Positions 57,820 through 64,000 of a stretch of DNA of 64,000 bases are shown piece by piece (positions within the stretch are counted from its first letter, which is position 1; the number at the start of each line of letters is the position of its first letter). The DNA comes from a candidate division WOR-3 bacterium (lineage in GTDB: Bacteria > Hydrothermota > Hydrothermia > Hydrothermales > JAJRUZ01): the NCBI GenBank assembly GCA_039804025.1, contig JBDRZP010000002.1, positions 96,851 through 160,850 of the forward strand. Reading direction: 5' to 3'. The notes beneath the pieces are model-generated. The model was not told where the DNA came from, did not search any database, and worked only from the letters and a program-made list of their open reading frames with translations. The position numbers were made by a program, and so were the translations under genes.

Positions 57820-58505
57820 TTTGAAAATAAATCTTCAACTTTTTTTCTTTCACCTAAAACAAAAAGCACATCACCTTCCTTTAACTCCTCATCCCCTCCT
57901 GGGCCTATTATAAGTTCTTCCTTCAAGACAGTTTTCCCTTTTTCATTAACCTCTGGAACTTTTCTTTTTATCGCCACTATATTTACGCCATATTTTGTTC
58001 GAAATTCTAGCTCAGAGAGTTTTTTTCCTGAAAATTCAGGAAGTGAAGCTCTTTCTTCAAGAACATAGTTATCAGAAACCTCTATAATTTCAAATAAACC
58101 CGGCGAATAAAGGTTTTTAGCAAGTTTTTCAGCTATTTCCTTTTCAGGGAATATTATTCTTGTAACACCTAATTTATCAAGAATTTTTGCATGTAGTTCA
58201 TCCCTTGCTCTTGCTATTATTCTTTTTACTCCCCTTTCCTTTAATAAGAGGCATGTTAAAATGCTTGCTTCAATTTCATTATTAATTGTAACAATAATTG
58301 CTTCAAAATCTTTTATATCAAGTGTGGCAAGTGCTTTTTCATTTGTTGTATCCATTATGTAAGTTTCAAAAGCAAAATCCTGAACAGAAAGAATTTTTTC
58401 CTCTTCCTTATCAACAGCCACAACCTTTGCACCAAGTTCTGAGAGGTTTTGGACAAGAAGTTTTCCAAACCTTCCAATACCAATTACGCAAAATTCTCTT
58501 TTCAT
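57816..58505 (-). CDS. TrkA / KtrA-family K+ transport regulatory protein (RCK N + C domains)
   Basis: FCVIGIGRFGKLLVQNL is an NAD-binding Rossmann segment, followed by an RCK_C domain. Confidence 0.8.
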   Translation of the reverse strand: MKREFCVIGIGRFGKLLVQNLSELGAKVVAVDKEEEKILSVQDFAFETYIMDTTNEKALATLDIKDFEAIIVTINNEIEASILTCLLLKERGVKRIIARARDELHAKILDKLGVTRIIFPEKEIAEKLAKNLYSPGLFEIIEVSDNYVLEERASLPEFSGKKLSELEFRTKYGVNIVAIKRKVPEVNEKGKTVLKEELIIGPGGDEELKEGDVLFVLGERKKVEDLFSK

Positions 58506-58565
58506 TTAAAAATAATTATAAAGAACTTGATAATTAACTTCAAAATAATTTAAAATCAAAAAAAC

Positions 58566-58577
58566 AGGTTCTATTCC
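58566..58577 (+). promoter_or_regulatory. Upstream motif AGGTTCTATTCC (variant), 18 nt upstream of the ATG at 58596
   Basis: Seen directly. Confidence 0.4.
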
Positions 58578-58595
58578 TTTGAAAAAATCCCTGAT

Positions 58596-59552
58596 ATGAA
58601 AAAATTATTTTACATTTTAAACATTATTCTTGCTCTAATTCTGATTTACATAATACAGTATCCTAAAATACAGCAGGGTAAAATAGTAAAAGCAAAAATT
58701 GCTTTTTACCCTTCTCCTGCTAGTTTTCCGGTTTTTGTTGCAAAGGAAAAAGGATTTTTTGAAAAGGAAAAAGTGGATGCTGAAATTATAAAGACTTCTT
58801 TACCGGAAGTTATAGATGAATTAAAAAGGGGGAAGGTGGATATAGTTGTAGGTTACCCGCCTATTGATTTCTTTATAAGGCAAAAGGAGGAGATTGAAAA
58901 CTATAAAATTATTGCGGATGTTGAAGATAATGAAGATTTTGTATATGCTTCCCTTTTTGGTTTTGGAAAATTGAAAGAAATTAAGGACATAAAGAATTCT
59001 TTATTTTATTATCCTTCACAGAGAATGGAGGGAAAGTTTATTGGGAAAAAAATTTCTGAAAACTTTGGTTTAAATATTAGTAATATCTTTGAATATCAAA
59101 CAGTTTTTCCTCAGATTATAGAGGGTGCAGCTCTTGTTTACGAACCTTACAGGTTATTTTTCCTGAAAAGAAATATAAAAGTTTTAGTTGATGATGTTTT
59201 CAAGGAATTTTTTGGGGAGGGTTCAGTTATTGGAAGTGTTTTGTGTTCAAAGGTAACCCTTGCGTATAACAGGAGAGCATATGAGAGATTTAAAGTAATA
59301 TGGGATGAATCTGTTGATTACATAAAAAATAATCCTGATGAGGCAAAGAATTTATATATTGCTTACTGTGTTCAATATCTTGATGCTGATTTCCTTAAAG
59401 AAGATTTAGAAAGCTATGAATTAAAACTTCCAAGATATAAAAAAACAGGAGAAGTTAGTGATTTAAGTTATTTAACAATTGTAAGAATTTTAAAAAATTC
59501 AGGATTTATTTTTACTGAGCCAGATTTAGCAAGTCTTTTTGAGGTAAAATGA
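58596..59552 (+). CDS. Periplasmic-binding-protein-fold (NMT1 / THI5 / SsuA-like) protein
   Basis: It has an N-terminal signal or anchor segment and a type-II PBP fold. It overlaps purN in an ATGA junction. No permease or ATPase partner is present. Confidence 0.5.
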   Translation: MKKLFYILNIILALILIYIIQYPKIQQGKIVKAKIAFYPSPASFPVFVAKEKGFFEKEKVDAEIIKTSLPEVIDELKRGKVDIVVGYPPIDFFIRQKEEIENYKIIADVEDNEDFVYASLFGFGKLKEIKDIKNSLFYYPSQRMEGKFIGKKISENFGLNISNIFEYQTVFPQIIEGAALVYEPYRLFFLKRNIKVLVDDVFKEFFGEGSVIGSVLCSKVTLAYNRRAYERFKVIWDESVDYIKNNPDEAKNLYIAYCVQYLDADFLKEDLESYELKLPRYKKTGEVSDLSYLTIVRILKNSGFIFTEPDLASLFEVK

Positions 59553-60163
59553 AGATTTTAAAAATCGGAGCCCTTGCTTCAGGTAGGGGTTCCAATGTTG
59601 AGGCTATTTTGAAAAATATTAAATCTGGTTATCTTCCCTGTGAGATGAAAATAGTAATTTCTGATAATCCGGATGCACCTGTATTAAAAATTGCAAGGGA
59701 GTACGGTGTAAAGGCTTTATATATTTATCCTGGTGAAAGAAAACATACCCTTGATCCAGAGAGGGAAGAAGAGTATGCAAGGGTTTTAAAAGAAGAAAGT
59801 GTAGAACTTTTAATTCTTGCAGGATTTATGAGGATTTTAAAAGGGGCACTTTTAAGGGAGTTTAGAAATAGAATAATGAATATACATCCTTCCCTTCTTC
59901 CTGCATTTAAAGGTCTTAATGCGCAAAAACAGGCTCTCGAATACGGTGTTAAAGTTGCAGGCTGTACTGTCCATTTTGTGGATGAGACAGTTGATGGTGG
60001 TCCGATTATACTCCAGAGATGTGTTCCTGTGCTTGAGGATGATACACCTGAAGCCCTTGCTGAAAGAATTCTTAAGGAGGAACATAAGATTTATTCTGAA
60101 GCAATTAAGCTTTATGCAGAGGGAAGGTTGAAGATAGAGGGTAGAAGAGTTAAAATATTATAA
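59549..60163 (+). CDS. purN: Phosphoribosylglycinamide formyltransferase
   Basis: ALASGRGSNVEAIL...NIHPSLLPAFKG...HFVDETVDGGPII is the PurN signature. Confidence 0.9.
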   Translation: MKILKIGALASGRGSNVEAILKNIKSGYLPCEMKIVISDNPDAPVLKIAREYGVKALYIYPGERKHTLDPEREEEYARVLKEESVELLILAGFMRILKGALLREFRNRIMNIHPSLLPAFKGLNAQKQALEYGVKVAGCTVHFVDETVDGGPIILQRCVPVLEDDTPEALAERILKEEHKIYSEAIKLYAEGRLKIEGRRVKIL

Positions 60164-60179
60164 ATATAACTAAAAAATA

Positions 60180-63100
60180 ATGAGCGATTTTGTTCATTTA
60201 CATCTTCATACGGAGTATTCCCTTCTTGACGGGATAATTCCTATTGATAAGCTTCTTGATAAGTGTGTTGAAGAAAGAATGCCTGCCTGTGCTATAACTG
60301 ACCATGGTGCTTTATTTGGTGTTATAGAGTTTTATAAAAAAGCAAAAGAAAGGGGTATAAAACCAATAATAGGGGCTGAGCTTTATATAACAAGATCAAG
60401 AAAGGAAAAGGTGGTTTCCCCAGGTTATGATCCTTATAATCACATAACCTTAATTGCCAAAAATTTAAAGGGATATAAGAATTTAATGAAACTATCTTCA
60501 ATAGGATATCTTGAAGGATTTTATTATAAGCCAAGAATTGATAGGGAGGTTCTTAAAAATTATTCTGAAGGACTTTTCTTTCTGACAGGTTGTATTAAAG
60601 GAGAGATACCACAGCTAATATTACAGGGTAAGATAAAAGAAGCAGAGGATCTTTTAAAAATATACATGGAAATATTCGGAAAAGAAAATTGTATTATTGA
60701 GCTTATGGATCTAAATATGGAGGAAAACATAATTGTAAATAAAGTCCTTTATGAATTTGCCAAAAAGTATGATCTTGTGTATGTTGCCACAAATGATGTT
60801 CATTATCTTGATAAAGAGGATTATGAATTTCATGAAGCAATTCTTGCTCTTCAAACAGGTAAGACATTGAAGGATAAGGAAAGATTCAGATTTAAAACAA
60901 AGGAAGTTTATTTTAAAAGTGAAAAGGAAATGAAGCAAATTTTCAGTTATGATGAAAGGGCAGTTTTAAATACAAGAAAAGTAGAAGAAATGATTGATAT
61001 TGATTTGAAGCTCAACGAAAATTTTTATTTGCCAAAAATTGAAATACCACATCAGTTTGATAGTAATTTTGAATATTTAAAATATTTAAGTTATAAAGGG
61101 CTTGAAGAAATTTTTAAGGGTGATATAAAAAAGAAGTATATTGAAAGGTTAGAAAAGGAGCTTTCAATAATACAAAAATTAAACTTTGAAGGTTATTTCC
61201 TGATTATAAAGGACATAGTTGATTTCGCAAAAAGGGAAGGAATACCTGTTGGTCCTGGCAGGGGTTCAGCAGTTTCTTCACTTGTTCTTTATTCACTTGG
61301 TGTTACGAGGATTGACCCCTTGAAGTATGATCTTCTTTTTGAAAGATTTTTAAACCCTGAAAGAATATCTCCGCCTGATGTGGATATAGATTTTGGTGAT
61401 GAAAGGAGAGATGAAATTTTATCCTATATAAGAAAAAAATACGGAGAAAAAAATGTATCCCAGATTATAACTTTTGGGAGAATGAAGGCAAGGCAGGCAA
61501 TAAGGGATATGGGTAGAGTATTGGGTTATGAATATTCCTTTGTTGATAAACTTGCAAGAGAATGTATTGAGGGAACTTTAGAAGAATCATATTCGGAAAA
61601 TCCGGTTTTTAAGAGACTTGTTGAGGAGAATGAAGATTACAGGAAGATATACGAGTATGCAAAAAAAGCAGAGGGACTTGCAAGACATGCCTCAGTTCAT
61701 GCAGCAGGAGTTGTTGTTGCTCCATCTGAAATAACTGATTATGTGCCTCTTTATATGGATTCAAAAGGAACCATCTGTTCTCAGTATGAGATGAATTCTC
61801 TTGAAGCTGTTGGACTTTTAAAAATAGATATATTAGGACTAAGAACTTTAACTGTAATTGAAGATACATGTAAATTGTTAAAAAATAAGGGAATAGAGGT
61901 AGATCCTTACAATTTGCCTCTTGATGATAAAAAAACTTTTGAAATTCTATCAAGGGGTAAAACTCAGGGAGTTTTTCAGCTGGAATCAAGGGGGATGAGG
62001 GAACTTCTTAAAAGATTAAAACCGGATGAATTTAGGGATCTAATTGCAATTCTTTCCCTTTATAGACCCGGACCAATTGAGGCAGGAGCAACTGAAGAAT
62101 ATGTGAGGAGGAAAAAGGGACTTGTTCCTCTTAGTTATCCCCATGAAAAACTTGAGAAAATTTTAAAGGAGACCTTTGGTCTCATTGTATATCAGGAGCA
62201 AGTTATGCTTATAGCCCATGAGCTTGCAGGTTTTTCCTTTGCTAAAGCTGATATTTTGAGAAAGGCTATGGGTAAGAAAAAGGAAGAATTAATGAGTGAA
62301 AGTATAATGAGGGAATTTGTAAGTGGTATGGTAGAAAGAGGTATTCCTGAAGATATGGCAAAGGATATGGTTTTAAAGATACATTCCTTTGCAAAGTATG
62401 CTTTTAATAAGTCTCATTCAACAGGTTATGCACTTTTATCTTATATAACAGCATACCTCAAGGCAAATTATAAAACAGAATTTTATGCCTCTGTTTTAAA
62501 CAGTGAAATAAATAAAATTGAGAAAGTTTCTTACTTTGTTCAAACTGCAAAGAGGGATGGTATAGAAATTTTACCTCCCTGTATTTTAAATTCAGATAAA
62601 TTCTTTAAAGTTGAGGGGGAAAATAAAATAAGATATGGGCTTTTAGGGATTAAAAATGTAGGAGTAAATGCCTGTGATCATATTATAGAATTGAGACGAC
62701 AGAAACCATTTACCTCTTTTGAGGATTTTGTTAGAAGGGCTTCGTCCAAAAAAGTTACCAAGAAAGTTATAGAAGCATTGATTAAAGCAGGGGCTTTTGA
62801 TATTTTTGATCCAGATAGGGAAAAATTGATGAATATTTTTGAAAATAAACTTGTTAAAAAATCAGTTCCCTCACTTTTTACAAATAAAGTGGAGGAAATT
62901 CAGGAAGAAAAAGATGCTTTAAGAGTTATGGAGTGGGAAAAGGAGGTTTTAAATATGTATTTTAAAAACCACCCTCTTGAACCCTATTCAGAATTTGTAG
63001 AGATTCTTTCAACCCACTCATCAATTGATATACAGGAAGAGGAGGAGATAGAACTTAGAAATGTAAGAATGTGTGGGGTTTTGAGCAAAGTGGAATCAAA

Positions 63101-63551
63101 AATTAATAATGATGGGAAAAGAAATTATTATATTCTGCATCTTGAGGATTTTGAAGGTTCTTTTCAAGTTGTTATATTTGATGAATTGAAGAATAAAATT
63201 GAAAAATACCTTGATAAACTTGCTCCTTTTTATGTTGAAGGAGATGTTTTTCAGGGTTCTTCAAAAATATTTGCAAGAGAAATTATGCCTTTAAAGGAAG
63301 CGATTTCTAAAAAATTGAAGGGAATACTTATAAAATTAAATTTAAAAGAACTTGATGAAGAAAAAATTAAAAGTTTAAAGGAAATAGTAAATAAATTTAA
63401 GGGAAAATTTGATCTTTATTTATCCCTTGATACAGGAGAAAAAAGGAGAATTTATAAATCAATGGTTTTTAAAGTTTCTTTTAAGGAAGAGTTTTTTGAT
63501 GAAATTAATGAACTATTTGGGGAAAATAGGATTGAAAGTCTTGTTGAATGA
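60180..63551 (+). CDS. dnaE: DNA polymerase III alpha subunit
   Basis: The PHP domain is FVHLHLHTEYSLLDG. The polymerase core is GPGRGSAVSSLV. The OB domain follows. The protein is 1123 aa. Confidence 0.95.
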   Translation: MSDFVHLHLHTEYSLLDGIIPIDKLLDKCVEERMPACAITDHGALFGVIEFYKKAKERGIKPIIGAELYITRSRKEKVVSPGYDPYNHITLIAKNLKGYKNLMKLSSIGYLEGFYYKPRIDREVLKNYSEGLFFLTGCIKGEIPQLILQGKIKEAEDLLKIYMEIFGKENCIIELMDLNMEENIIVNKVLYEFAKKYDLVYVATNDVHYLDKEDYEFHEAILALQTGKTLKDKERFRFKTKEVYFKSEKEMKQIFSYDERAVLNTRKVEEMIDIDLKLNENFYLPKIEIPHQFDSNFEYLKYLSYKGLEEIFKGDIKKKYIERLEKELSIIQKLNFEGYFLIIKDIVDFAKREGIPVGPGRGSAVSSLVLYSLGVTRIDPLKYDLLFERFLNPERISPPDVDIDFGDERRDEILSYIRKKYGEKNVSQIITFGRMKARQAIRDMGRVLGYEYSFVDKLARECIEGTLEESYSENPVFKRLVEENEDYRKIYEYAKKAEGLARHASVHAAGVVVAPSEITDYVPLYMDSKGTICSQYEMNSLEAVGLLKIDILGLRTLTVIEDTCKLLKNKGIEVDPYNLPLDDKKTFEILSRGKTQGVFQLESRGMRELLKRLKPDEFRDLIAILSLYRPGPIEAGATEEYVRRKKGLVPLSYPHEKLEKILKETFGLIVYQEQVMLIAHELAGFSFAKADILRKAMGKKKEELMSESIMREFVSGMVERGIPEDMAKDMVLKIHSFAKYAFNKSHSTGYALLSYITAYLKANYKTEFYASVLNSEINKIEKVSYFVQTAKRDGIEILPPCILNSDKFFKVEGENKIRYGLLGIKNVGVNACDHIIELRRQKPFTSFEDFVRRASSKKVTKKVIEALIKAGAFDIFDPDREKLMNIFENKLVKKSVPSLFTNKVEEIQEEKDALRVMEWEKEVLNMYFKNHPLEPYSEFVEILSTHSSIDIQEEEEIELRNVRMCGVLSKVESKINNDGKRNYYILHLEDFEGSFQVVIFDELKNKIEKYLDKLAPFYVEGDVFQGSSKIFAREIMPLKEAISKKLKGILIKLNLKELDEEKIKSLKEIVNKFKGKFDLYLSLDTGEKRRIYKSMVFKVSFKEEFFDEINELFGENRIESLVE

Positions 63552-63623
63552 ATTTTTTAAGTTAACAGTTTTTTAACCCAAATTTAATGATTTTTTAATA
63601 TTCCCCTTTTATCTTTATAAATA

Positions 63624-63635
63624 AGGTTCAAATCC
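63624..63635 (+). promoter_or_regulatory. Upstream motif AGGTTCAAATCC, 21 nt upstream of the pstS-like ATG
   Basis: Seen directly. Confidence 0.5.
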
Positions 63636-63656
63636 TAAAAACAAAAAGGAGTTTAT

Positions 63657-64000
63657 ATGAAACACTATATAAAAAACTCAGTAATAATAGCTTTATGTGC
63701 AGGAGTTCTATTCTCTCAAAAGATAGTTCGTGTAGATGGTTCATCAACAGTATTCCCTATAACAGAAGCTGTAGCAGAGGAATTTCAGAAAGTTTATAAG
63801 GATATAAAGGTGGTTGTGGGAATTTCAGGAACAGGTGGTGGTTTTAAAAAATTTTTAAGGAATGAAACAGATATAAATGATGCCTCAAGACCAATAAAGG
63901 AAATTGAATATGAAATTGCAAAAAAAAACGGTATAGAGTTTATTGAATTACCAATTGCCTACGATGGACTTACAGTTGTTGTTAATCCTTCAAACAATTT
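63657..64000 (+). CDS. pstS: Phosphate ABC transporter substrate-binding protein PstS-like (N-terminal part; continues beyond the window)
   Basis: [20 protein letters not shown]...[20 protein letters not shown]...[11 protein letters not shown] is the PstS / PBP signature. The RBS is AAAAAGGAG. Confidence 0.65.
   Translation, partial: MKHYIKNSVIIALCAGVLFSQKIVRVDGSSTVFPITEAVAEEFQKVYKDIKVVVGISGTGGGFKKFLRNETDINDASRPIKEIEYEIAKKNGIEFIELPIAYDGLTVVVNPSNN

Noticed and set aside
58506-58595. TPP riboswitch upstream of the THI5 / NMT1-like gene
   Set aside because: The leader is only about 90 nt and lacks the conserved CUGAGA / ACCUGA TPP-aptamer elements.

Overview
This is a 64-kb stretch of a very AT-rich bacterial chromosome. 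The proteins are rich in Lys, Glu and Ile. The ORFs are densely packed and often overlap by 4 nt. No transposase, integrase, phage genes or CRISPR array were found, so it reads as core chromosome rather than an accessory island. The window spans the replication-origin neighbourhood: acpP-fabF-recA-(lipid kinase)-dnaA-dnaN on the + strand, then folP, two tRNAs, purN and dnaE. Clusters of variant DnaA boxes (TGTGGAAA) lie on both sides of dnaA. Other content is listed below.
- A conserved rpsF-ssb-rpsR-rplI operon.
- An envelope/lipid-A operon (plsY ... lpxB) opposite an O-antigen-ligase and glycosyltransferase locus.
- ispDF, der, hup, nusB, rpiB, ilvE and a 2-oxoacid:ferredoxin oxidoreductase.
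- Two signalling clusters, one of which carries an HD-GYP response regulator.
- Three large secreted proteins with type IX secretion (T9SS / Por) C-terminal sorting domains. Two are paralogous subtilisin-like S8 proteases and one is a beta-propeller/CARDB protein. Together with lpxB this points to a diderm organism, probably from the FCB superphylum or a related candidate phylum; this is an inference.
Four sequence-level signals are not explained by ordinary gene calls.
1. A recurring 11-12-nt motif, AGGTTCAAATCC, resembling a tRNA T-arm. It sits 17-33 nt upstream of at least ten start codons, always in the same orientation.
2. The DnaA-box clusters that mark oriC.
3. GC-rich complementary 14-15-nt elements at the predicted 5' and 3' ends of the hup (HU) mRNA.
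4. Two conserved-domain genes (DUF488 and a DAGK-type lipid kinase) have no canonical start codon. Each has an in-frame ATT overlapping the stop codon of the gene upstream.
All domain calls rest on recognising motifs in the supplied translations. No database searches were run.
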